Shown here in pieces: positions 1 through 9,703 of a stretch of 64,000 nucleotides of DNA (within the stretch, counting starts at the first letter, position 1; the number at the start of each line of letters is the position of its first letter). The translations under genes and the position numbers were made by a program. Source of the stretch: Halodesulfurarchaeum sp. (GTDB lineage: Archaea > Halobacteriota > Halobacteria > Halobacteriales > Halobacteriaceae); the NCBI GenBank assembly GCA_042216015.1, contig JBDGUI010000011.1:23331-87330 (forward strand). Direction: 5' to 3'. The notes below the pieces were generated by a model. The model had not been told where the DNA came from, made no database searches, and saw nothing but the letters and a program-made list of their open reading frames with translations.

Positions 1-1
1 C

Positions 2-379
2 GAAACGGGCGAGTACGAGCACGCGTATCTGGGGGCCGCGTTGCAGAACGTGACCCCGACCGACGCCCGGGCCAACGAGTTAGACGTTCCACGGGGACTG
101 ATCGTGGTGCAAACGGTTGAGGGCGGCCCCGTCGATGGCGTCCTCCAGGAAAGTCGGGTGGGGATCGTCGACGGCGAGCGGGTCCCGGTCGGCGGTGACA
201 TCATCCTGGCCGTCGACGGCAAAACCATGGAGTCCTTCGAGGACCTGGCGAGTTATCTCGCACTCCACACCCGCCCCGGTGACTCGATCGCGCTTCGCCT
301 CCTTCGGGACGGAAGCGAGCGGACCGTCGAGGTGACCCTGGGCACCCGTCCGGAGGGGTCCCGGAGCCCGCTCCAGTGA
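2..379 (+). CDS. HtrA/DegP-like serine protease, C-terminal PDZ domain (5' truncated by window edge)
   Basis: Frame is open from the window start (ETGEYEHAYLG...). PDZ-like GGDIILAVDG and PGDSIALRLLRDG...VTLGTRP. Confidence 0.8.
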   Translation, partial: ETGEYEHAYLGAALQNVTPTDARANELDVPRGLIVVQTVEGGPVDGVLQESRVGIVDGERVPVGGDIILAVDGKTMESFEDLASYLALHTRPGDSIALRLLRDGSERTVEVTLGTRPEGSRSPLQ

Positions 380-438
380 ATCGTCCGACGGTCACGTCGG
401 TGTCCCAGCACCACCGTCGATACCGGAGAGAGCGAGAT

Positions 439-1485
439 TCAGACCCCCCTGAGGATCGACGTCAGTCCGACAGTCTCGGCGATGACCCACACGACGAACA
501 GGAGGTACGCGACGAGGAGCGTGGACGACTCGAAGTCGGTGAGTGTTAAATTCGTCCGGAGAAAGCCGAACAGCAGCACCGTGGCGAGCGTGAGCACCCC
601 GAACATCGGGACGGCAATCGAGAAGTTGACGGGAACGCTGCCGACGAGGAGGACGCCAAGCGGAATCACGACGAGCAGGTCGAAGGTGTTCGATCCGAGC
701 ACGTTCCCGAGACTGGTGACCCCCCGTCCATCGCGGGCCGACCGGACGCTCACGAGCGTATCCGGAAAACTCGTTGCCGCCGCGATGATCGTGACGCCCG
801 CCAGGAACTCGGGGATTCCGAACGTGTGACCGAGCGTTTCGACGGCCCGGACCAGCTGTTCGACGGCGAGGAGAATGACGAGCAGTCCGCCTCCCAATTT
901 CAGCCACTCCCGACCGACGGCAACGTCTCCATCGACGGCTCCGGCCTCGTGATCGCTGACGTCCTGGTACTGAATGAACAGGTAGAGGCCGTACAGCAGG
1001 AGTGGGATCGCCGCGAGCGGACGCGTGATTCGGCCGGCGAGTTCCGGGCCGTTCGGGACGGGAACGTAGATGACGGCGAGCGCGAAGGTGACCACCAGGG
1101 CCGAGACGGCGACCATGTAGAACTGGGCCTCCTTGTAGACGACCGTTCGGTTCGACTCGAGCGGGGCACCGGAGAACAGCCCAGAGAGCGCGGGAATGAC
1201 GAGAATGTTGAAAATCGCCGAGCCGACGATGGCCCCCACGCCCATGTTGAATACGCCCGCGAGCGCCGTGATTATGACGCTCGCGAGTTCCGGGAAACTC
1301 GAACCGACTGCCACGACGATCGATCCCTGCACGACCGCCGGCAGGCCGTGGTGGGTCGAAAGCTGCTCGGCGGACTCCTCCAGCCATCCGCTGCCGAGCC
1401 AGATGAACCCGGTCGCGATTCCGATGACGAGGACGTTGACGGCCGTCGTGTCGGGGAGGACCCCGCCCAGGACCATGGTATCCAC
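439..1485 (-). CDS. Sodium:calcium (CaCA/YrbG-type) antiporter
   Basis: About 10 hydrophobic segments with two alpha-repeats: GSSFPEL...GSAIFN and ATSFPD...GSNTFD. Confidence 0.9.
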   Translation of the reverse strand: MDTMVLGGVLPDTTAVNVLVIGIATGFIWLGSGWLEESAEQLSTHHGLPAVVQGSIVVAVGSSFPELASVIITALAGVFNMGVGAIVGSAIFNILVIPALSGLFSGAPLESNRTVVYKEAQFYMVAVSALVVTFALAVIYVPVPNGPELAGRITRPLAAIPLLLYGLYLFIQYQDVSDHEAGAVDGDVAVGREWLKLGGGLLVILLAVEQLVRAVETLGHTFGIPEFLAGVTIIAAATSFPDTLVSVRSARDGRGVTSLGNVLGSNTFDLLVVIPLGVLLVGSVPVNFSIAVPMFGVLTLATVLLFGFLRTNLTLTDFESSTLLVAYLLFVVWVIAETVGLTSILRGV

Positions 1486-2079
1486 ACACTCGCGGGATTG
1501 GAGAAAAGAAACCTTCGGTTACATCGGGGCGGACGACGGGCCACCCACTCGGTTTCAGGCCGTCCGATAAGACGCTTCGTCAATCGGATCCAGCGTCGCT
1601 CGAATGCCGGTAACCCGGCTATTCGGCGAGACGTAAGCCTTCGCCAGGACCCAGGAGCCGCTACCGGCAGTGGGGCCGGCACCATAGCAGTCGCACTCGG
1701 ATTTTTGCTCGCATGGACGCGGTTTCACCGCGACCGAGAGGGCCGGCAGATACAGCCGGAGGTGACATCGTTTGCGGGTCGGGCCGTACAAATTGGGTAC
1801 CGACAGGGGCCGCTCGTGGCTCATCGTCAATGCCCAACTCCACCCCAACGAAACTGAACCGTTTCTCGCTGATACCATCTCGACTTCACCGTACGACCGG
1901 TTCATTGCGCTCGATACGGCTGTCCGGGGCATCCGCGGCCCACCACGCCATTCGTCCGCCTCACCCTGGGCAGTTCATCCGAGTCGTCTCGGAGGTGACT
2001 CTCTCCTGCCAGATTTGGTCACCGACCATCGTCCCCATTGGGCGGGCTCGGCCATCAACTGCGACGGCTGGCTCTCCGT

Positions 2080-2288
2080 GTCCCGACCGGCATCGACCTC
2101 CTCGAGTGTCTGCCGGAAGTGATCTTCCGTCAGGACGACGTCTTCGACGTCGGATTCCCGCTGGTTTCGGCGGCCTGGTCGTGTTCTCTGACGGCACTGG
2201 TCGCTACCTCCCGGCGGACGGCCTCGATGTCCGCGCCAACGTCTCCCATCGTGTCGGCGGCCAATTCGTCGAGATCGACGCGATCGCT
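2080..2288 (-). pseudogene. CDC48/VAT AAA+ ATPase remnant (D2 helical lid / C-terminus), frameshifted
   Basis: DRVDLDELAADTMGDVGADIEAVRREVATSAVRE, then in another frame SDVEDVVLTEDHFRQTLEEV. Resembles the CDC48 pattern DVDLDELA..T.GY.GADIEAV.REA ...HF..AL. Confidence 0.75.
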
Positions 2289-2301
2289 GCAGAGCGTTGT
2301 C

Positions 2302-2465
2302 GGGGACTCGAACGGCGGCGACCAAATCGTCTCATTGCTCGGTAGCGAACTCGATGGCCTTAGGGCACTCGAGGACGTGGTCCTCATCGACACGACGAAC
2401 CGCCCGATCCTGATCGACAGGTCACCCGGGGGCAGTTCGAACACTTTTGGCGATCCGGGACGAAC
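2302..2465 (+). pseudogene. CDC48/VAT AAA+ ATPase remnant (post-Walker B / sensor-1 segment)
   Basis: GDSNGGDQIVSLLGSELDGLRALEDVVLIDTTNRPILID resembles the CDC48 pattern GDS.V.ERVVSQLLTELDGLE.LEDVVVIAATNRPDLID. No start codon and no Walker motifs. Confidence 0.75.
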
Positions 2466-2482
2466 CCGTTTCACGAGGTCAC

Positions 2483-3230
2483 AGGACCATACAGGTGGGA
2501 ACGTGTGGTTACTCGTCCTACGACCCAGGGGACGGCTGGTAATCCCGGTATGACAGCAAGTTGCAGGCCTATTCGGAGGCGTTTCCCGTCGGCGAACTCA
2601 ATCGCACGTTCTACTCGCTTCCGAGGTTTCCACGGCCGAGGGCTGGCGAAACGAGGTCGAAGCCGATTTCGAGTTCACGCTCAAGGCCTGGCAGGCGATG
2701 ACCCATCCGGGGGAAAGTCCGACGTGGAACGGAAACCGCGACGAGGTCGAAGACGATCGAACCGACGAGGTCCGCCATTTCCAACCCACCGATGCCGTGC
2801 GAGACGCGTGGGAAGAAACGAGGCGCCGGGCCGACGCACTGGATGCATCGGTCCTCGTCATCCAGACGCCGCCCGGGTTCGATGCCAGCGAGGAACACGG
2901 TTGTGGCTGTGAAGGACCCTTTCGGGTATCGACAGGGGCGAGTTGACCATCGCCTGGGAGCCGAGGGGCAACTGGCTTGACGAGCTGGACCGGGTCGGCC
3001 GTCTCTGTCGGGATCTCGATCTGGTTCACGTCGTCGATATCTTTCGGGAGGAACCACGATCCGACCACGACGTGGCCTACCTGCGCCTCCACGGCCGGAA
3101 CGAACGACGATACGATTAGGACTACTCGTATGACGAGGCCGAACTCGAAACGCTCGTTTCACACCTGTGCGATCTCGAATCCGAGCACGAGACCGTCTAT
3201 TGCCTGTTCAATACGTCCGACAGGTACACG
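2483..3230 (+). pseudogene. DUF72 (YecE-like TIM-barrel) family pseudogene
   Basis: IQVGTCGYS, ELNRTFY.LP, FEFTLKAWQAMTH, IQTPPGF, IAWEPRGNW, YLRLHG and VYCLFN are spread over several frames. In-frame stops TAA 2540-2542 and TAG 3117-3119. AGG sits where the start ATG would be. Confidence 0.85.
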
Positions 3231-3384
3231 GACAGCCCGGACGATCGAACTGGTTTCCGAGCGCTATTGGCCGAAAATCCGGCCGTTCCATCGGCATCTG
3301 ATGGATCGAAGTGGAATCTCCCGAAACACTACCCGAGCAATGTCACGAATTCGCCAATGTAGTGGAGAAAGTCCAAACTATGGA

Positions 3385-3720
3385 CCTCTGAAAGGGGGCG
3401 GAGTTCGAGATGCTGGCAAGCGGGCCTGAAGTGAAAGCATCCGGCGACCGAGTGTTACCGAGACGCGTCGCGTCTCGGTCGCTAACCGGAACGCTTTGCG
3501 TTCTGGTGATGGTCCGAAGGACCCGGAATCGCGCGAGAGCAGGGCTCTCGCTGAGTCCCGCTCACTTCGTTCGCGGGACGGTCGCCGGTTCACTCGCGCG
3601 AACGAACGTGAGCGCGGGGCCGACGAACGACTAAGCGCCGAAGGCGCGCTAGAGCGAGGAGTGCTTTTGGTCGAGCTTTTACCGAGCGAGCCGCCGGCTC
3701 GCACAGTGTAAAAGGTCGAT
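3385..3720. repeat. Palindrome-rich intergenic REP/MITE-like element
   Basis: Perfect palindrome ACCGAGACGCG-T-CGCGTCTCGGT at 3457-3479. CGCTCACTTCGTTCGCG / CGCGAACGAACGTGAGCG inverted pair. Terminal GCTTTTGGTCGAGCTTTT...AAAAGGTCGAT motif shared with ~16970-17037. Confidence 0.65.
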
Positions 3721-3951
3721 GTACGCCCGGAACACTAACTCCCGACGTCATCCCTGGCGGCGTGCCGCGTCGGCCGGGTAACCCTCGTGCCGGGCGTGTC
3801 TATCGCGTGCCGGGGTTCTCCACCGATCATCGCGCCCTGGTGGGCCGGCTCGGGTGGGGACTGCGGCACGCAGTGGGGGATAGGCCGGGAGTGCTGAAAA
3901 GGCTGTCCGCAAAGACCGGGATTCATAATCGCCCTCGTCGTACGACCACCC

Positions 3952-4911
3952 GTGACTGTCGACATCGCCGTTCTCAGACAGCAACTCCAGGGGCTCGACG
4001 AAACGGGGTACGCGGCCGCACTCGAATCCCGACTGCCCGACGCCGAGATACGAGTGGCTCGGACGCCCGAAGAGGAACGGGACCTGCGCTCCTCGGCGAC
4101 GGTCGCCGCCGGCACGAATATCGACGCCGAGGCCCTCGATCGGGCCCCGAACCTCGAACTCTTTGCGTGCACGTACTCCGGGACGGAGCACCTCCCGCTC
4201 GAGGCGCTCGCGGATCACGGCATTCGGGTCACCAACGGATCGGGGGTCCACGCACCGAACATCGCCGAGTACGTGCTGGGCGGCATGCTCGGGTTTGCCC
4301 GGGGCTTTCCGCGGGCGTGGCGACAGAAGGAACGACAGGAGTGGCGGTCCTTCGAGACCCGGGAATTGCAGGGCAGTACCGTCACCGTCGTCGGGATGGG
4401 TGCCATCGGGCTGGCCGTCCTCGACCGCCTCGAACCCTTCGGCGTGCACACGATCGGTCTCCGCTACAGCCCGGAAAAGGGTGGTCCGGCCGACGACATC
4501 GGGGGGCTCGACCGGGAGTCCCTCCACGACGCGGTGGCCCGGAGCGAGTACGTCGTGGTCGCCTCTCCGCTCACCGAAACCACGGAGGGACTGATCGACG
4601 CCGAGGCCCTGTCGACGATGCCTCCGGAGGGGGTGCTGATAAACATCGCCAGGGGACCGATCGTCGACACCGATTCGCTCGTCCGTGAACTCGAAACGAA
4701 CCGCATCCGCGGGGCGGTCCTCGACGTCACCGACCCCGAGCCGCTCCCCCAGGATCACGCACTCTGGGAGTTGGACAACGTGCTCCTGACCCCCCATCAC
4801 GCCGGGTTCACGCCGACGTACTGGGAACGACGGGCGGAGATCCTCGCGGAGAACTACCGACGGGCGCGGGAAACCGGAACCTTCGCGGACCTCGAAAATC
4901 AGGTCCTGTGA
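3952..4911 (+). CDS. D-2-hydroxyacid dehydrogenase
   Basis: GMGAIG Rossmann motif, INIARG, LDVTDPEPLP and TPHHAG catalytic motifs. Confidence 0.92.
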   Translation: MTVDIAVLRQQLQGLDETGYAAALESRLPDAEIRVARTPEEERDLRSSATVAAGTNIDAEALDRAPNLELFACTYSGTEHLPLEALADHGIRVTNGSGVHAPNIAEYVLGGMLGFARGFPRAWRQKERQEWRSFETRELQGSTVTVVGMGAIGLAVLDRLEPFGVHTIGLRYSPEKGGPADDIGGLDRESLHDAVARSEYVVVASPLTETTEGLIDAEALSTMPPEGVLINIARGPIVDTDSLVRELETNRIRGAVLDVTDPEPLPQDHALWELDNVLLTPHHAGFTPTYWERRAEILAENYRRARETGTFADLENQVL

Positions 4912-4974
4912 GTCCGCGATCCCGATCTGTCACGGTGAGCCCCGGACCTGACTCGGTTGGTGTGCCGAGATCTT

Positions 4975-6006
4975 CTACAGCCACCCTTCCTCGGCCAACA
5001 GCTCGCCATTGAGAATGCTCGCACCCGCGGCACCGCGGATGGTGTTGTGCGCGAGGGCATTGAACTGGATGCCGGTTGCCGTCTCCTGGATCCCACCGAC
5101 GGCGATCCCCATCCCCTCGCCGACCATGCGATCGAGGCGGGGCTGGGGGCGGTCCGGTTCGTCGAAGACCTCGATGAGCGGGGCCGGGGCCGAGGGGAGG
5201 TCGGCCGGTTCGGCCGCGGCGAGTGCGGACTCGATCTCCTCGAGAGTTGGATCGGTCCCGAACTCGACGAAGACGTTCTCGAGGTGACCGTCGATCGTGG
5301 GAATGCGGTTACACGAGGCGGTGACCGCCGCGCCGTGCCATTCGATTCCCCCCTCGGCGTACTGCCCCAACAGTTTCCGGGACTCGTGTTCCATCTTCTC
5401 CTCCTCCCCACCGATGTGCGGGATCGCGTTATCGATGATCTCCATCGAGGAGACCCCCGAGTATCCGGCCCCGGAGACGGCCTGGAGGGTCGACACGTGG
5501 ACTCGCTCGATGTCGAATTCGTCGAGTGCGGCAAGCGGAGGGACCATGGTGATCGTCGAGCAGTTCGGGTTCTTGACGAGCGCGCCGTCCCATCCCCGTG
5601 TCTCCCGCTGGGTCTCGAGCAGGGAGAGGTGCTCCGGATTCACCTCTGGAATGACCAGCGGAACGTCCTCGGCCTCGCGTTCGTTCGAGGAGTTCGAGGA
5701 CACCACGTACCCGGCCTCGAGAAAGGCCGGTTCGACCTCGGCCGCGACGCCGGAGGGGAGCGAGGAGAAGAGCAGGTCCACGTCGTCCGGGATGGCCCCG
5801 GGATCGGTCCGGGTGACCGTTCGGTCCGCGATGGACTCCGGAATCGGGATGTCGACCCGCCACTTGGCAGCCGACCGGTAGGTCTCGCCGGCACTGTCCG
5901 AACTGGCAGTCAGGGCTCGGATCTCGAATTCGGGATGGTCCACGAGGAGCTGGATGAACCGCTGTCCGACGGCGCCCGTGGCGCCGAGAATGCCGACCTG
6001 AATCAT
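4975..6006 (-). CDS. asd: Aspartate-semialdehyde dehydrogenase
   Basis: GATGAVG, NPNCST (catalytic Cys), QAVSGAG, HNTIRGAAG. Confidence 0.97.
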   Translation of the reverse strand: MIQVGILGATGAVGQRFIQLLVDHPEFEIRALTASSDSAGETYRSAAKWRVDIPIPESIADRTVTRTDPGAIPDDVDLLFSSLPSGVAAEVEPAFLEAGYVVSSNSSNEREAEDVPLVIPEVNPEHLSLLETQRETRGWDGALVKNPNCSTITMVPPLAALDEFDIERVHVSTLQAVSGAGYSGVSSMEIIDNAIPHIGGEEEKMEHESRKLLGQYAEGGIEWHGAAVTASCNRIPTIDGHLENVFVEFGTDPTLEEIESALAAAEPADLPSAPAPLIEVFDEPDRPQPRLDRMVGEGMGIAVGGIQETATGIQFNALAHNTIRGAAGASILNGELLAEEGWL

Positions 6007-6062
6007 AGCCGCGATTCGGGACGCTCGCCCTAAGCCCTTCTGATGGGAGACGGCTCGCTGCC

Positions 6063-6120
6063 CGGGGTTCGGTCCCTGCGTAACGGGGTTCGGTCCCTGC
6101 GTAACGGGGTTCGGTCCCTG
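6063..6120. repeat. 21-bp tandem repeat, ~2.8 copies
   Basis: CGGGGTTCGGTCCCTGCGTAA at 6063 and 6084, partial copy at 6105. Confidence 0.9.
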
Positions 6121-6157
6121 TAAAAATCCGCCACCGACCGCGCCCGTCCCGGATCAA

Positions 6158-6337
6158 TCAGTTGAGTTTGTGGGTCACGTAGCCGGCGATCCGGTTGCGA
6201 ACGCCCTTCGACTCGATGTTCGTCAGCTCGGTGACACTCTCCTTGTTGTGCTCGAAGTCCTCCGGCTGGAACGCCTTCGGATAGCGCTCCAGAAGGATCT
6301 TCCCGGTCTTCTTGACGTAATCGGGCTTGATGGCCAT
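6158..6337 (-). CDS. rps17e: 30S ribosomal protein S17e (59 aa, absent from the ORF track)
   Basis: Translated by hand: MAIKPDYVKKTGKILLERYPKAFQPEDFEHNKESVTELTNIESKGVRNRIAGYVTHKLN*. Confidence 0.96.
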   Translation of the reverse strand: MAIKPDYVKKTGKILLERYPKAFQPEDFEHNKESVTELTNIESKGVRNRIAGYVTHKLN

Positions 6338-6448
6338 GTCGCCGTGTACCGGCCGGCCGGGTTAAAACCATTCGTTCCGGATCGAGCCGTGCCGCAGGTT
6401 CCCAAGCGGCTCCCGACGCTCCGCCAACACTGGTCCTCCGGACCCCGG

Positions 6449-7186
6449 TCATTCGAAGTCCCAGGATCGGACCGCCCCGAGGACCCGCTCCAGCACGTGG
6501 GGGTCGTCACTGGGACGGCCCACGCTGACGGCGTCAGCCCCGTATTCGAGGTACTCCCGTGCGGTCTCCCTGTCTCGGACCCCGTTGTTGGCGATCACGA
6601 ACGCCTCCGTCCGGTCGACGATCTCCCCCACGACCGGTTCAGAATCCATCGCGTCGACGTGGACGATGTCGGCCCCCGCCGAGTCGAGCACGGAGCAGAC
6701 CTCGGTGAGGTTTACCCCCGGAACCTCCGTTCGGACCTTCACGCTCACCGTCGCGCCTGCTTCCCCCGCCACCCGCACCTGCTCGGCGAGTCGATTTGGA
6801 TCTCCGAGCAGCGCCTGACCCGCCCCGATCGCGGTCATCTCCTCCTGTCGACAGTGGGCGTTGATCTCGAGGATCGCGTCGTGCTCCGCACAGATTTCGG
6901 CGGACCTGCGGAGCGACTCGTTCTCGATTGCCCGCACGTTGAGACCGGCTTCGACGTCGGCATCCGCCAGTTCTCCGAGCTGGTCGTTCACGAACGCGAA
7001 GGGATCCGGGGGGAGAAACTCCGTCCGGTCCCGGACCGTGACCAACTTCCTCGCGGCATTCCGGGTGTCCCCATCGAGAGCGATCCCGCCCAGAAAGGCC
7101 ATGCCAACCCACGGCTCGGCGTCCCTGGCCCACTGGGCGTCCGATCGACCACTCAGACTCGAAATCGCGAGCCGTGGCTGAAACAT
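6449..7186 (-). CDS. Dihydrouridine synthase-like TIM-barrel flavoprotein (archaeal MJ0144-type)
   Basis: EINAHCRQ, SVKVR, HVDAM, IANNGV and GADAVSVGR motifs. Overlaps the cofD stop. Confidence 0.8.
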   Translation of the reverse strand: MFQPRLAISSLSGRSDAQWARDAEPWVGMAFLGGIALDGDTRNAARKLVTVRDRTEFLPPDPFAFVNDQLGELADADVEAGLNVRAIENESLRRSAEICAEHDAILEINAHCRQEEMTAIGAGQALLGDPNRLAEQVRVAGEAGATVSVKVRTEVPGVNLTEVCSVLDSAGADIVHVDAMDSEPVVGEIVDRTEAFVIANNGVRDRETAREYLEYGADAVSVGRPSDDPHVLERVLGAVRSWDFE

Positions 7187-8175
7187 CAGGCCACCTCGAG
7201 CGCCCGGGCGACCGCCCTTCCAACCCGGGTCGCATCAGCCTCCGTCTCGATCGCCGTGTCGGTTCGGACCGTCGGGACGGCCAGCTCGCTCGCGTCGGCC
7301 GAATCGAGGACGAAGGCGTCGACGAACGGGAGCGCCTCCGCGACGCCCGACGTCGAGGCCGGATACCCTTCGGCCTCCATGAGTTTCGCCGCCGGTCCCG
7401 AGAACACGCGATCCTCGATGAAGGGCGAGACGGCGACGACATTCGTCTCGCGGAGGGCCTCACGAACCCCGTCGAGGGCCAGCATCGGTCCGATGCTCGT
7501 GATCGGATTGGCCGGTCCGATCACGACCGGCTCCGCCAACGCCTCGAGCGTGGCTTCCGACGGACGTGCCCGGGCTGAACCGCGGAACTCGACGCGCTCG
7601 ACGGCCGGTTCACCACCACGGGCGACCCAGAACTCCTGGAAGTGCATCGGTCCCTCGGGCGTGTGAACGATGCTCGCCACGGGGTCGTCACTCATCGGGA
7701 CGAGATCCACGGTGAGGTCGAAGGCGTCCCCGAGCTGGCGGGTGACGGCAGTGAGGGACTGGCCCTCCTCGAGCAGACTCGTGCGGAACAGGTGAACGGC
7801 CCGGTCCCGATCGCCGATGTGCAGGAACTCCGGGACCGCCGAGAACCGTCGCCACCGGGCGATTTCCCGGCCGGCCGTCTGGGCCGGCTCCGGAAGATAC
7901 GTCGGGCCGTCCGCTCGTTCGAGTTCCTCGGCAAGGGCGATCAGTTCGTCGTGGGTGCTCGAGGTGTCGCCGGCCCGACCCCACCACCGCTCGCGATCCA
8001 GGCGATCGCTCCGTCCGTAGAGAACCGAATCGACGTCCGGGCAGACGAACAGGCCGCCGAGTTCGATGTCGTCACCGGTGTTGGCGATCACGGTGATCGT
8101 CTCGGGGTCGAAAACCGGGTCGGTCCCCCAGAGGAGTTTCGGGGTCCCGGTCCCGCCGGCGAGAACGGTCGGCAT
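7186..8175 (-). CDS. cofD: 2-phospho-L-lactate transferase (F420 biosynthesis)
   Basis: [46 protein letters not shown]. Start trimmed to MPTVLAGG. Confidence 0.93.
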   Translation of the reverse strand: MPTVLAGGTGTPKLLWGTDPVFDPETITVIANTGDDIELGGLFVCPDVDSVLYGRSDRLDRERWWGRAGDTSSTHDELIALAEELERADGPTYLPEPAQTAGREIARWRRFSAVPEFLHIGDRDRAVHLFRTSLLEEGQSLTAVTRQLGDAFDLTVDLVPMSDDPVASIVHTPEGPMHFQEFWVARGGEPAVERVEFRGSARARPSEATLEALAEPVVIGPANPITSIGPMLALDGVREALRETNVVAVSPFIEDRVFSGPAAKLMEAEGYPASTSGVAEALPFVDAFVLDSADASELAVPTVRTDTAIETEADATRVGRAVARALEVA

Positions 8176-8452
8176 ACACCTGCGAAGGCTGGCCCCGGAG
8201 TAAACTCTTGTGCAGGCGGTCGAGAGCCCGTACGGATGCCACGTCATCCGACCCCATCCATCTCCAGAAACTGGCCGCCTTGACACGACCCGACGACTGG
8301 ACGGCCTGCCATCGGCCGGTGATCTACGTCCCCCGACGATCCGACACCTCCCGGCCAGCCACCCCCAGACGACCGAACGGCCACACACCCAGGTGGCCGG
8401 ATGATCCCTCACAACCCGACGTTTTTGTGCGAACGCGACGAACTCGCTCGCA

Positions 8453-9703
8453 ATGATCACGATCAAGGACAGCGTCCACGACCACATCGAGGTCGATGGC
8501 GTGGGGGCTGCCCTCCTCGAGACGCCGCCGGTCCAGCGGCTCAGGCGGGTGAGCCAGTTGGGGACCGCATCGCTCGTCTATCCCTCCGCGAATCACACCC
8601 GCTTCGAGCACAGCCTCGGCGTGTACGCACTCGCCACGCGGGGACTCGAAACCCTGGGCATTCGGGGGACGGACGCGCGTACCGTCCGGGCTGCAGCCCT
8701 GCTCCACGACGTCGGGCATGCCCCCATGAGCCACACCATCGAGGAGTTGCTCTACCGTCGAACGAACCGCCATCACGACGACGTCGGCCACCTGATCGAG
8801 TCGGGCGAGATCGCGTCGATTCTCGAGGACCACGGGATCGACCCTGACCGGGTGGCGGCGCTCATCGCCGGAGAGGGGCGTCTGGGGCAGTTACTGGCGG
8901 GCGAACTCGACGTCGACCGCATGGACTACCTCGTCCGGGACGCCCATCACACGGGGGTCCCCTACGGAACGATCGACATCGAGCGGCTGCTCCGGGCACT
9001 CCGATTCGTCGAACGGGATCTCGTCCTCGCGGAGGGGAACGTCCAGACCGCAGAGAGTCTCCTCCTCGCCCGGGCGCTGATGAACCCGACTGTCTACAAC
9101 CACCACGTCGCCCGGATCAGCAAGACGATGCTCCAGCGGGCCACCCATCGGTTGCTCGAGTCGGGAGCGGCCACGGCGAGCGAGGTGGCCCGGATGGACG
9201 ATCCAGCCCTTCGGGTCGCACTCAGAGACGTCGAGCGAGCGGCCCCGCTCGCCGAGCGACTCGCCGAACGGCGGCTGTACAAGCGGGCCATCTGGGCGGA
9301 GTACGGTGACGTCGGCGAGGACCGGGCGTCCTCGCTCATCGAGGCCGAACCCGAGACGGTGGGGCACACCGAACAGGAAATCGCCGATCGGGCCGGGGTC
9401 GGCATCGACGAGGTGTTGCTCGACGTCCAGGGTCCACCGATCATGCAGGAGTCGACGACGAAGGTGATCGTCAACGGGGAGATTCGGGAACTCACCGACC
9501 AGTCGACGCTCGTCGGCGCCCTCGAACGGGTACAACTCGAACAGTGGCGGCTGGGCGTCTACGCACCGGCCGAGCTGAGCGAGGCCGTGGGGCAGGCCGC
9601 CGCGGCCGTGCTCGGGCTCGATCTCGAGGGGGGTCGCATCGCGGAAACCGACTCGCCGGGGCGATATGCCTCACTCTCGGACTTCCGGGGAGGGGGACGA
9701 TGA
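8453..9703 (+). CDS. HD-domain phosphohydrolase (dNTPase/SAMHD1-like family)
   Basis: [37 protein letters not shown]. Confidence 0.9.
   Translation: MITIKDSVHDHIEVDGVGAALLETPPVQRLRRVSQLGTASLVYPSANHTRFEHSLGVYALATRGLETLGIRGTDARTVRAAALLHDVGHAPMSHTIEELLYRRTNRHHDDVGHLIESGEIASILEDHGIDPDRVAALIAGEGRLGQLLAGELDVDRMDYLVRDAHHTGVPYGTIDIERLLRALRFVERDLVLAEGNVQTAESLLLARALMNPTVYNHHVARISKTMLQRATHRLLESGAATASEVARMDDPALRVALRDVERAAPLAERLAERRLYKRAIWAEYGDVGEDRASSLIEAEPETVGHTEQEIADRAGVGIDEVLLDVQGPPIMQESTTKVIVNGEIRELTDQSTLVGALERVQLEQWRLGVYAPAELSEAVGQAAAAVLGLDLEGGRIAETDSPGRYASLSDFRGGGR

Noticed and set aside
1560..1960. Possible further gene remnant (short hydrophobic stretch; RVGPYKLGTDRG...)
   Set aside because: No family motif I can recognise, so it is left unannotated.
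6170..7666. Long antisense or alternate-frame ORFs (e.g. 6170-7666, 21394-23127, 23515-25236, 54100-55815)
   Set aside because: They are shadow ORFs of well-supported genes, as expected in high-GC DNA, and carry no motifs.
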